From NCBI GenBank assembly GCA_013265495.1, contig MU057930.1, forward strand, positions 1,504,057-1,568,056: a stretch of 64,000 bases of DNA, given 5' to 3'. This stretch comes from Vicugna vicugna. Lineage: Eukaryota. The position numbers and the translations under genes are program-made. Shown here piece by piece: positions 51,880-64,000 of this stretch. Below the pieces are notes generated by a model that was not told the origin of the DNA, ran no database searches, and was given only the letters and a program-made list of their open reading frames with translations. The number at the start of each line of letters is the position of its first letter. The first letter of the stretch is position 1.

Positions 51880-54627
51880 TGCAGTCTAACAAATGTTAAC
51901 AGCATGAGGTAAAAAAAAAAATCAAACTGTGTCTGCATGATTTAAGTGGGTGTCCAAGAACAAACTCCAGTGGTATCTATAGGAATCCAAAAATATTCAA
52001 TGTCCAACAAGGTCAAATGCACAGTGTCCAGCATCCAATCGAAAGTATTTCCTAAGACGTAATCAGTAGACAGAAACCAAGTGTGTTTCTTATATGCTGT
52101 CGAGACCAAATCCAGAATGCAGTTTATAAAAAAATACCTTTGACCATTGCATCAAAAATACAGAATATGGAGGGCCAAATTTAACAAAAGATTTTAAAGA
52201 CTTGTACATTGTCAACTGAAAAAAAATTCCTGAGAAATATACAATGTTAAGAGTCAGTACTGTTAAGATATTATCTTCAGATCCACCTATATATTCAGTG
52301 AAGTATCCGTCAAATTCCCAGTAGGATTTTGGGTACAAAAATGATAAGTTGAATTTGAGATGCCTTTGGAGATACAAGGACCTAACTTGGTTGTGATGAC
52401 TTTGGAAAAAAAAAGAATAAAGTTGAAGAACACACTTGACCTGGTTTCCAGCCATATTTTAAAGCTACCATAATCAAGACAGGATGCTGTCGCCAACAAC
52501 ACAGACAAATAAATGAGCGGAACAGAATACAGCGTCCAGAAATGCACACACACGTATGAACAACAGATTTCTGAAAAGTTGTTCAAAGACAATTCAGTGG
52601 AAAAGGGACAGTATTTTAAGCAAATGATATTGGAGGAAATATGTGAAAAAAAAAACCCTCAAAATCAAAAAAACCCCACATCAATATATGCCTTGCATTA
52701 AAAAGTTAATCGAAAATGAACCATAAGCGTGAATTTAAATTTAGATCTGAAGTCTAAATTGACATAGGAAAAACAAATGTGACCAATGGTTAGCCAGTGA
52801 TTTAGATATGACACCAAAATCACAGTCCATAAATATATTATAAATAGAAGTTAAAAAGTAATAGTACCTGGTTTTCAAAAGACACCATTAACAGAATGAC
52901 AGAACAAGACACAGGGTGAGAGAAATCATATATATGATTAAAAAATGTAATCAGAATACATAGGGAATTCTCAAAACTGATTAATGGGACACAACCTGAA
53001 TTTTTTTTAAATGGGCAAAGATTCAAACAGACACTTCAGCAAGGAACATGATATATGGATAGTAAATAAGCACGTGAAAATGTGCCCAATACAGTAGTCA
53101 TTTGGGGACTGTGGTTAAAACTAATATGTGATTCCACTACACATCTATTCGAATTGCAAAAATTTTTAAAAATCCTGCCCACAGCAGGTTGGCTGTAACA
53201 ACAGGAAGGTTGGCTAAACCAAGCATCATTCGTTGCTGATGGAAATATTCAAGCGTGCCACTAACTTGGAAGACACTTTGGCAGTTTAACTTATGAAGTT
53301 AAACACACCTGTCATGTGACCCAGACTTTTATGTCCGGTATTGACTGCCAGAGAAATCAAACCACTTGTGCCTACAAACGGTTGCACGTAGATGTTCATA
53401 GCTTCCTTATTTGTAGTCATTGGTAACTGGAAACAACTCAAATCTCTACTGAGGTAAATTCATAAACAAGCTATTGCAGGCAATGAACTGCTACAGATCA
53501 CTGTTCATCTGGGGATGGCAGGGGACTGGGGGCTGGGGGCAGGGAGGGGCTTAAGGAAGCTCTTGAGGGTGATAGTAATGTTTATAATTTTGCTCATAGT
53601 GATGATTTCATATATATATATATACACACACATACATATATATGAATTTCAACATTATATATACGTGATGTTCAACATTATATATATTCAACATTCACCA
53701 TTATATATATTCAACTATATATATGAGTTTCAACATTATATATATGATGGTCAACATTATATACATTCAACATTCACCATTATATATATATCAAACCATA
53801 TATATGAATTTCAACATTATATATACGTGATGTTCAACATTATATATATTCAACATTCACCATTATATATATTCAACTATATATATGAGTTTCAACATTA
53901 TATATATGATGGTCAACATTATATACATTCAACATTCACCATTATATATATATCAAACCATATATATGAATTTCAACATTATATATATGTGATGTTCAAC
54001 ACTATATATATTTAGCATTCAACATTTTATATATATTCAAATATATATATGAACTTTAACATTATATATATGATCTTCAACATTATATATATATTCAACA
54101 TTCACCATTATATATATATTAAACTATATATATGAATTTCAACATTATATATGATGTTCAACATTATATATATATATTCAACATTCAACATTATATATAT
54201 AAAACTATATATGTGAATTTTAACATTATATATATGATGTTCAACATTTTATATATTTAGCATTCAACATTATATATATTCAACTATATGTATATGAATT
54301 TCAACATTATATATATGATGTTCAACATTTTATATATATATTCAACATTCAATATTATATATATTTAGCATTCAACATTATATATATATTCAACTATATG
54401 TATATGAATTTCAACATTATATATATGTGATGTTCAACATTATATATATCCAACATTCACCATTATATATATTAAACTATATATACATGAATTTCAACAT
54501 TATATATATGATGTTCAACATTATATATATTTAACATTCAACATTTTATATATATATTCAACTATATATATGAATTTTAACACTATATATGTGATGTTCA
54601 ACATTATATATAAAACATTCAACACTG

Positions 54628-54670
<43 letters not shown>

Positions 54671-54760
54671 TCAACTATATATATATATGTGAATTTCAAC
54701 ATTAACCAGTTAGTAGACTTCAGATACTTGCCTTTATGTCAATTATATCTCAATAAATCT
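51880..54760 (+). mobile_element. Old L1 (internally deleted: 5'-region piece, ORF2 3' part, 3'UTR) containing a minisatellite
   Basis: ccaacaaggtcaaatgcacagtgtccagcatccaatc (old L1 5' region); aaagctaccataatcaagacagg and aatgggcaaagattcaaacagacacttca (ORF2); ends tatgtcaattatatctcaataaa. Confidence 0.75.
53610..54702. repeat. AT-rich minisatellite, core ttcaacattatatata, with ~81-bp and 162-bp higher-order units
   Basis: tatgaatttcaac starts at 53641 and 53803; ORF 53515 repeats an identical 54-aa block. Confidence 0.95.
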
Positions 54761-55399
54761 TTCAATATATTGAAGGGCTGGTTGAACTGCATTGAGTTTT
54801 GAAGGCTAAATAAACTTTACATTGTAGGATACAATCCACCATGTTGCCATGTGCTGTATTTTCACCCTACCTCCTCGATATTTCTTTAATTTCTTTACTT
54901 CTTTTTAATGGTGTATTCTTCAGATAATAGAGCAACCATATTTTTTTGCTCTTTTCTTTTAAGAATTTCTTAAATCTGTAATGATCTGGAAATATCAAAT
55001 CTGCAAATATTGCTTTTTTTCTTTTTAAGGAGGATCTGAAATAACTATGGATTAAGGTACTAATAGCTGTTAAATATGGGTGCCTGGGTTTTAGGCATCG
55101 AAATATTTCATAATTCATGCAGCAGGGAAATAGAAAAGTGAATAGTAGGTTAGGAAGAACACTAGAAACGGGTCTGTTACAACATTATCCTCTGAAAAGC
55201 ATGTTGAAATTCTGCTGGGAGAAGATACTAAGATATGAAGACCACACCAAGTATAGCACATGGACAAATTCGTTCAGCAAACTGACCTTCACTGAGTCTT
55301 CAGGAGAAAAACAATCCAGTCTTGCTAATAATAAACAGAATCAATTTTTAAAACATGTCACCACATCCCTTCAATTAACTTTATAAAGATTACATTATC

Positions 55400-55659
55400 T
55401 ATAGTAACTGCTGTATATAAAATAAACACATTTCTTCTGCAGAGCACAGAGAACTATGCCCAGTATCCTGTAGTAACCTCTAATAAAAAAGAATAGGAAA
55501 ACGAATATATGCACGTGTATGTATGACTGCAACACGATGCTGTGCACCAGAAATGGACACGTTGTAAACTGACTGTACCTCAATTAAAAAAAAAAGATAA
55601 AAAAATTTTTTAAAAAATGTTGTATGCCAATTACACCTTAAACAAACAAACAAACAAAT
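55400..55659 (+). mobile_element. Short L1 3' end with an extra downstream segment, 14-bp TSD
   Basis: aagattacattatc at 55386-55399 and 55660-55673. Confidence 0.85.
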
Positions 55660-56065
55660 AAGATTACATTATCCCTGCCTGGTGTGAGTATTGAGCAATT
55701 CTTTCCACCATACTTATGAAATTATAAGGGAGTGTAGATTTGGGGCAAGCATTGTGTCAGTTTGAATGGGAAGCCAGGACCCTCTTTATGCACTAATCTG
55801 GCAGTTTGTTTACTGAGATGACATACTGAGTACTTCCTCCAAAACACTGAACAATCTGTACAAACATGTTTACGATAGTCCTTACTACGTCAAAGTGTTG
55901 CAAATAGCCTAATTCCTGCATGCTCTCACAACAACGTATGGGCTAGCAACTGAAACCAAGAAGGGGGATGTTGACAGCAGCATGAGGACCTTATGTACTG
56001 TGTTGAGTGAAACCTAAGTACAGAAAAGTTGATGTGGAAGACAGCAGAACATACTCAAGTCATAC

Positions 56066-56745
56066 AGAGGTTTCTTAAAAAGCTAAAAACAGAGTTATCA
56101 TATGACCCAGAAATCCCACTCCTGGGCATATATCTGGGGAAAATTCCAATTCAAAAAGACACCTGCACCCCAGTGTTCACAGCAGCACTATTTACAATAG
56201 CCAAGACATGGAAGCAACCTAAGTGTCCACTGATGGATGACTGGATAAAGAAGAGGTGGTATATTTATACAATGGAATACTACTCAGCCACAAAAAGGAA
56301 TAAAATAATGCCATTTGCAGCAACATGAATGGACCTAGAGATTGTCATTCTAAGAAAAGTAAGCCAGAAAGGGAAAGATAAATATTACATGGTGTCACTT
56401 GTGTGTGGAATCTTAAAAAAATGGCAGAAATGAACTTATTTACAAAACAGAAGCAGACTCACTCACAGACATAGAAAGCAAACTTGTGGTTACCAAAGGG
56501 AAAGGGAGGAAGGGATAAATTATGAGTTTGGGATTAACAGATACACACTACCATATATAAAATAGATAAGCAATAAGGTTTATAGCACAGGGAACTATAT
56601 GCAATATTTTGCAATGACCTATAATGGAAAATAATCTGAAAAATAACTTACATACGTATAACTGAATCACTTTGCTGTACACCTGAAACTAACACAGTAC
56701 TGTAAATCAACCATAGTTCCATTTTTAAAAAGCCCAAAAAGAAAT
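56066..56745 (+). mobile_element. L1 3' end (ORF2 C-terminus plus 3'UTR)
   Basis: ORF 56029: [22 protein letters not shown]...[13 protein letters not shown]. Confidence 0.93.
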
Positions 56746-57157
56746 ATATATACATAAAATGAGTATTAACACATTTATTTTAAAATTTTCTATTATGAGG
56801 TTATACTGTTTTTTACCATGAAAATGAACATATACAAGCAAACATCTTCAAAACCACTGGACAAGGAAATAAACAAAATAGAAGCTAACTCACTAACTGT
56901 GTCTTACAGAGGCAAATTGCGCTTCAAAGAGGTGCGGAATTATGAAGAAATGGAACCAAATGAACAGGATCAATATTTCCTATGACAAATATCCATTTTT
57001 GAGAAATGACAACCAGATTGTTTTTCTTGATGACTTCAACAAATGAGGCTAAGTTATACCTATCCTGGAAGGAAATACTCAGATCTGAAGTTATTCTCAC
57101 AGCTGATACTGTGCATGGAGATGTTCGTGAGGCAGTGACTAATTTTTATATTGCACT

Positions 57158-57256
57158 GGAAAGAAAGAAAGAGAGAGGAAGGAGGGATAAAGGGATGGAG
57201 GGAAGGAAGGAAGGGAAGGGAGGGAAGGAAGGGAAGGAAGGGAGGAAGGAAGAGAG
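57158..57256. repeat. Purine-rich (GGAA/GGGA)n tract
   Basis: Directly visible. Confidence 0.9.
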
Positions 57257-60200
57257 ATATGGAAGTATAATCTGGGTTTCCACATTTTGAGTCTGCAGGT
57301 TCTCAACTTTGGATTGTATGGTTCATGGAAGCAAAGCAGTGGCTGATAAATCCACAGATGAGACTGTCTGTGGAGGCGTGTGTCTGTGCGTGTGTGTAGG
57401 AGTGAGGGCTGTGGGTGGAGGGGACAGGTGAGGAGGAACATTGGTCATGGAGATTCTGCATCTCAGATGAAAACAGTCTCCAGAAATCCCATTAAAAACA
57501 AAAAGACCCCTCGTCTTCCTCTTATATCTGTCCTTTGTCAAACCCTTTGAGATCTCAGGTTTATGTCCCCGAACCCCTCTGCTAGGTTTCTTGAAAATGT
57601 CATTTCCAGTAACTCAACAGCCACCATTTCCAGCAACTGTCGTCAGGAACCTGAGCAAGTCAAGTGGACGGAGGCCAATATTTTTGAAGACTATGGACGT
57701 GAAAGAGACAAAGAGCATGAGAAAGACGGAAGACAAAGATGGACTGATGCGCAATTACATTGTAATATCTCATCAATTATCATGCAATTAAAATTTTGGA
57801 TCAACTGCTTTTCAAGAAAAAAAGAATATTTAACTAAAACGATGGTCGATAAAAATTCTAAATGGTTGATAATGATTACTGGGCTAATATACGGAACACA
57901 TGACGAATTAATTACACACATTACAGCCCCAAAAGCAACCACGTCGTATGCCCAGAAAATCTCCAACGGACCAAGAAGAATATTAAAGGGGAGCAAAATG
58001 AGAGTTTTTAAAAAGTGGTTTTGCTAAAAAGATTTCATATTGCCATAAATATTTCAACAAGCTATAAACTTCAATATAAATGTATTAAAAAACATGTCTT
58101 GAAAATAATCTTCATTTTGAGTAATATAATAATTCAAAGTATTTGAGGGAACAAGAGGTTCTTTATAGAATTAGCTCAACGATTTAACTGAAAGGGGATT
58201 TCTAGGGGTACATGGATATCATCTCTCAGAATAATTTTTAATTATTTTTTTCTAAATTTTTGTCTCCTTCCTTATTCCCATCTTGCCTGATGGAAAGGCA
58301 GTTAAAATTTGTTTGAAAGACTCCCCTTTGTGAATAAGTGAAGAGTTGGTTTCTAGGAAAAATAAATGAATTGGGGGCGGGGTAGGGAAGAAAGGATTTC
58401 ATTCTCAAGGGATGTTAAGAACACGTCAGGAATCTGCCTGTGACCCACTGAGTCTATCCGCCTCGATCTCGAAGGAGTTTGTTGGATTTTAGATGACTAA
58501 CAACTCATCTGAGATGCATGAGAAATGGCCGCTTATCTCTGAAAGATGTCTCCCCTTCTTTGTATGAGATGTGACAACTTTCCTTGAAAACCAAGTCCAC
58601 GGAACACACAAAGTAAATTAGTTATGAAATATGAACTTAGAGCCTAGAAACCAATAACCAGGCTGCTGGCCGCCCCAGCTCCCTGCTTTATAGAGGTTTA
58701 ATAAATGCCTTCCGGGGCCCACTTAATAACACTTTATTGAATTTACAGGGGAAAAAAAGATAGCCACCGTTTTTCACTCCGCATTAAACTGACGGATACA
58801 GAAATAATAAGACATACAATATGATAACGCCACCGCATTTAACTTATCTTGCAAGAAAACATTATCTTCTGAGCGTTTATTTTTGCTAGATTCAAATGAC
58901 GTCTCTAGAGGTATAGGATGGAGATTTCAAAATTGACTACGGAAAAAACAAACAAAACCTCCAAGGGTGTCCTTTCTCACATAAAGCAAAGCTTGCTCTT
59001 AGTTTAACTGTGTTCCCCTCTATCTATTATAAATTGTCGTAATTCTTTAAACATCCCTAGAGAGTAGAATTTGGAAGATGCATTAGAAAATAAGTATTTT
59101 TAACATTAGAAAAGATGTCACAATATTGAAAACTGTGAATGATTTTCCTTTTAGAAACAGAACTCAGCCTCTTTCTCGCTCTTAGAGAAGTACTTTCCGG
59201 CGGAAGTCTCTGTAGTGATGGAAATGGTCTGTATCTGAGTTATGCAACATGCCTACCAGCAGCCATCCTTGGTTATCCATGATCAGGGTCCACATTTGTT
59301 AGAGAAGAATTAGTTTTCAAACCATCAGTTCCACACCTGAAATCTTACGCATTTCACAGACTCACATGCATCTCCACCTGCACTGCAAGGAATTCCCTGA
59401 ACACAGGAGAGTCTTTCTTGAGCTCTCTTTGGTCATAATTTTGAAAGTTTTGGATCTCACCTCAACCACATCACTTTTGGACAGAATGTGCTCTTTCATT
59501 ATAAAATATCCAAAGAAAGGATTTCGTGTACATTGTGTGTGTGTTTGTGTGTGTGGCTGTGTATACGTCCCTTACAAGTTAATGAATGCCAGACCTTCAT
59601 TTGCTAAACATTCGTGGGCAACCAACCTGCAGTAGCCTCTGAATTTAGTCAAAGGTCCTCTGTTCTTACATATTTTGTTAAAATTAGTGAGACTTCTTTT
59701 CTCACATAAAGACTACCGTTCCATGATGGGCATACTGATGGTCATTAGATCCATCATTTGGAAGTGAACGAAAAACAAAGATTACTACACACGATATTCA
59801 AAAGAACTATCAAATGACACCACTTACCTTGCTGACTTCGCGGGAGTGAGTGGTCGACGTGTTTTGAGTTGTTTTGGAAAACCAAGGGATCCAGGAAACG
59901 GCGTTGATGCTCCACAAGGGTTTGCGACAGCGGCCTCTGGCCACAGGAGAATGAAGCAGCAGCGAGTGATGGAGTCAGGAAGAGGCTGGTTGCATCTCAC
60001 ACCCGGGAAAGAGGTCTCGAAGGTCCACCTGTGCAGACAGCCATGCGTCACATTTTCAGAAGTCATTCCCGTAAATGCGTTTTCCCTTATCTTGAGCCTT
60101 TCATTGCCCCTCTGTGCATATATGTTACTGTGCATGTATATTTTCCTATCTTGGATAAAACTGAATTTCCCCAAATAAGCATTATCCTTTAAGGACTCTC

Positions 60201-60334
60201 AGTTCCATGGGACCTCCAAGCTTTTAAATTGAATCGTCTTGTCAACTGACACTAAAAACAATAGCTTTAAACTTTAATGTTTAGAAAGTCTTTATCCCGG
60301 GTTATAATGCTGCTGTCACCACCTGTGTTTGCTA

Positions 60335-60479
60335 TTTTTTGTTTGTTTGTTTTATTTTGTTTTGGGGTGCCATTAGGTTTATTCATTTATTTGCTTTTTC
60401 AATGGAGGTGCTGGGGATTGAACCCAAGACCTCACGCATGCTAAGCACGTGCTCTACCCCTGAGCTATACCCTCCCCCC
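60335..60479 (-). mobile_element. Vic-1-like SINE, antisense
   Basis: ggaggtgctggggattgaaccc...gcatgctaagcacgtgctctacccctgagctataccctcccc. Confidence 0.92.
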
Positions 60480-61534
60480 GACATTTGTTCTTTCTGTTAG
60501 TCCATTTTTGCTCTTTCTTCCATATTTTCAACGAGATTCTCCAATGAGATAAGCCTCTGGGTTTGACATCATGTCTGGACACGTATACAACTCTGTATGA
60601 ATGGGGAACAAAACAAAGCAGCTTATTTGAAACCTGGGCCAAACAGAGTCTTTGTAACAAGGTCTATCGACCCAGAGAAAGAAAGGAATATTATTCCGAT
60701 CTCATGAGGCCAAACAAAATGACAAGAAACTTTTCTTTGTAAGTTCAGCTTATTGGAATACTGTTACACCTAAGGATAAAGTTGCGTAGCTTCATCACGG
60801 AGGACCATGTTACCAACTGGTTTGCAAGTGTCCCCCGCAATGAAAGTGAGTCCATGCCAATGTCTTAGACTCTGAGTGGGAGGAGAGTCTTGGCCATGAT
60901 TTGGACAATGCTATGATACGTTCATAGAAATCTGCCCTGAAATTGAGAGGCTCTAGGATGGAAAAGCAGCTTAGTGAGACATCAGACTAGGAGTACGCAC
61001 AGGAGAATAATTTTCAAGCCTATGAATGAATGCGCATTGGGCGGCACTGGGAAGATGCTAAGCATGTGTGCATATCCAAAGTGAAACTTTTCTACTAGTT
61101 TAAAGACAGGTGCATAGACATCGGAAAAATATATACAGGCATGAATTCTACACGGCCAATATAAATGTATGCATCAGTGCAGACACTTCATGATGATTTT
61201 GTGATGTGTTTTCTCGGAGATTATCCATGCAATCACCACAGCACAGAAGTGAGGCGAGGGATGAATGTGGTTCCTGATGTCTGAGCCACGTGAAGACCAA
61301 AAACCACAGGGCTCTGAAGCCCTGATCCAAGCTCTTTCCACTGTCCCGTGTTGACCGTCTTGCCAGTTAAGGGGTAAGTTGGGGAAAGAAATCAGAGATG
61401 GGAAAAGAAAACCAGCTAGACAGGTGGTAAATCAGAGAGGGCAAACTCAAGACAGAGGCTCAACCGTGAGACACAGAGACATGGGAGAAGACAGTAAAAG
61501 AGGGAGACATTAAGACGTAGACATAACGGAGGAG

Positions 61535-62007
61535 ACTAAATGAAAGAAGCCAGTCTGAAAAGGCTACAAACTGTACGATTCCAACCAAAGGACATTCTGG
61601 AAAAGGCACAGCTACAGAAACAATAAAAAGATCTTGGTTTCCATGGGTCTGGGGAGAGGGAGGGAGGGAGGAATGAACAGATGGAGGACAGGGGATTTTT
61701 AAGGCAATGAAATTATTCTGTATGACACTATAGGGGTGGTTAGATGTCATTATGCATTTGTCAAAGCCCACAGAACGTACAACATCACGAGTGAACTCTA
61801 ACATAAACTGTGGACTTTGGTTGATAATAATGTGCCCGTGTTGGTTCATTGATTGTACCAAATGCGCCACACTGATGAGGGAGGCTGAGGGCAGGGGAGT
61901 GTATACTTGTGGGTGGGGAGGGCTCTGTGCAAACTCTCTGTATTTTCTGCTCAGTTCTGCTGAGAACCTGAAACTGCTCTAAAAAATAAGTCTATTAATC
62001 AAAAAAG
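61535..62007 (+). mobile_element. L1MC-like 3'UTR
   Basis: Homologous to 14690-15140; ends aacctgaaactgctctaaaaaataagtct. Confidence 0.85.
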
Positions 62008-62027
62008 ACATAGACATAAAAACAGAC

Positions 62028-62671
62028 TGTATCAGTTTCCCGTGGCTGCTGTAACAAAGGTTCGCCCACGGGGTAGCTGACGGCGGCAGAAATTTACCCT
62101 CTCATGGTTGTGGAGCTGAAGTCTGAAATGCCGGCGCCCACAGGGCCGTGTTCCCTCTCAGAAGCTGGATGGAGTCTCTCTTCGCCTCTCTTGCAGCAGC
62201 CTCTGGCATTCCTTGGCTGGCTGCTGCTCACTCCCAGCTCTACCTGTGGCCTCACACCAATTTCCCATCACCAATGTCTCTTTTTTTCTGCATAGAATTC
62301 TCCTCTTTGTGCTTGTCTATTTCTGTTTCTTCATTTCTTATAAAGACATCCATTATCCAGGGTTAAGAGCCCACCCTAGTCCTGGATAACCTCATCTGAC
62401 CTTACACTTATGTTTATTTATTTTTTTTTTTTGCAGGAGGGAGATAACTAGGTTTCCTTACTTATTTATTTGACTGATGGAGGGACTGGGGATTGAACCC
62501 AGGACCTCGTGCGTGCTAGGCACGTGCTCTACCACTGAGCTATTACCCTCCCCCTTCAACTTACATCTTAATTACATCATCAAAGACTGTATTCCCAAGC
62601 AAGGTTACAGCAAAAGGTACCAGTGTGCAGGATACCACCTGTGGGGGGGGGGGACAATTCAACAGACAACA
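62028..62671 (-). mobile_element. MLT1-type solo LTR interrupted by a SINE
   Basis: tgtatcagtttcccgtggctgctgtaacaaa...cagggccgtgttccctct...cttaattacatc...gggacaattcaac. Confidence 0.85.
62411..62554 (-). mobile_element. Vic-1-like SINE, antisense
   Basis: gactggggattgaacccaggacctcgtgcgtgctaggcacgtgctctaccactgagcta. Confidence 0.92.
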
Positions 62672-63436
62672 GAGACAACACTTTTCTTTTTTAAGTTTTA
62701 GAGATTACGAGAAAGACATACGTGAAGACCCAAGTTTTCTGCACATAGTTAGAACGTAGAAATTTGCACCCGCGTTGAAAAGTTGGTGCGGAAAACTCGT
62801 AAATCAAATAGAAACAACATCAAACCAAAAAGAAGTACCCTTCTTTCTACTTTGATGGTGAACATTCTTCGTGAAATAATCTTTTAATCTGAGCTACTAA
62901 AAGATTTTAAATGATGTGGGTTTCTCTGCATCCCAGTTGTCCCCCTTTCTCTCTCCCATGGGGTATGTCAAGTTAAACTGAGGGCCACCTTCCCACACAA
63001 GGCAAGGTGCCTCGTCCACTATCCCCTCCATCCTCGTCCACCTGAAACTGTGATTTTGCACACTTGACACCAGATAGATAGAAACTTTCCTGCCAGCATT
63101 TCGATAGCCCATCCATCTAGTTCGGAAATAATATTTACACTCGTCACCAGCTTACAATGACCACGTCCAAGAAGGCAGAAATTTTACTTTTATGCCCCCA
63201 GCCCTTAGGAGGATGATAAATTTAGAATTTATCCCAGTGTAAGATGCGAGATAAGTGTGGGCAAAAAACAGGGTCTGTGGGCACCTTTGTTCACTTCCAG
63301 GATGTAAAAAGAAATGAGTCCAGTGGGCGAGAGGTTGTGGATGTGTATTTTTCTTTGAAGATCTGAGAAAAGAAGCAAAACACATAAACTAAAGAATTTT
63401 GCTCAGAAAAAGGTGAAGAAGCAGAAATAATTTTTT

Positions 63437-63486
63437 AAACATTATCTATTGAGTTATAGTCATTTTACAATGTTGTGTCAAGTTCC
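63437..63486 (-). mobile_element. ~50-bp L1 3'-terminal insertion with 15-bp TSD
   Basis: Matches the L1 terminus at ~5599-5650; cagaaataatttttt at 63422-63436 and 63487-63501. Confidence 0.85.
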
Positions 63487-64000
63487 CAGAAATAATTTTT
63501 TTAAAATCTAAAAAATATATTAAAAAATTTTTTTTTAATCTTGGAAAAAATGCTCACACCTTTGGGAAAGTTTCTGTCTGCTTCCTAAAGCTTCAAGCAC
63601 AAGAAGCTAGCTAGCTTTCTCTCGCCACGTCTGAGGGATTCTGTTTGTATTTTTTTAAGTAGCGTGACCCCAGCAAAGACAGCTTGACAGTCGCAACAGC
63701 GGTTGGTGGTCAAGTGTCCCCGCTCCGTCCTATCCACTCTCATGATCTCTTCTCTGAGGACACTTCACTAACTTTCTGTACTGATCGCTTCTTTAAAATT
63801 TCCACTTCAGCAACCATTCCACCAGCAGCAGAACTGATAAGACATTGGAGGAAGAATCAGTTCTGATGACATAAAAACACTCGCCGTGTCCAAATCCTTA
63901 TTTCCTTCTCAATGACAACTTGTGAATGTATGAACTCTCCCCATAAAAATGCACGGTAGGTCCAGTTCTCAGATAAGCAAACCAAAATGCAGCAGAGAGA

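Noticed and set aside
53515..54702. CRISPR-like array, or a 166-aa repeat protein
   Set aside because: There are no unique spacers, no cas genes and the context is mammalian. The ORF is just a translation of the minisatellite.
57563..58027. 154-aa ORF as a novel gene
   Set aside because: No recognisable domain. By rough estimate, about one stop-free stretch of this length is expected by chance over six frames of 64 kb.
26376..62554. tRNA-Ala genes
   Set aside because: All tRNA-like heads carry the same SINE-type extension and A-rich tails, several have TSDs, and their stems are mismatched. They are SINEs.

Overview
This is 64 kb of AT-rich mammalian non-coding DNA (intronic or intergenic), not prokaryotic sequence. 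It is most likely from a camelid, because it carries ten monomers of a tRNA-Ala-derived SINE resembling the camelid Vic-1 family. I recognise no host protein-coding gene. The only ORFs with recognisable protein are frameshifted LINE-1 ORF2 remnants. Much of the window is interspersed repeat (young and old L1, MLT1/ERV LTRs, MER2/MER5/Charlie DNA transposon relics, MIR, L2) plus microsatellites and a 1.1-kb minisatellite. I found no evidence for a novel multi-gene system. The unusual signals are structural: a ~165-bp inverted duplication beside a truncated MER2, two recent tandem duplications (405-bp and 270-bp periods), three head-to-tail SINE dimers, composite or minimal TSD-flanked L1 insertions, a hierarchical minisatellite inside an L1 3'UTR, a diverged LTR pair, a few palindromes and some unverified candidate exons. 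Repeat family names come from recalled consensus sequences and boundaries are approximate; no search was run.
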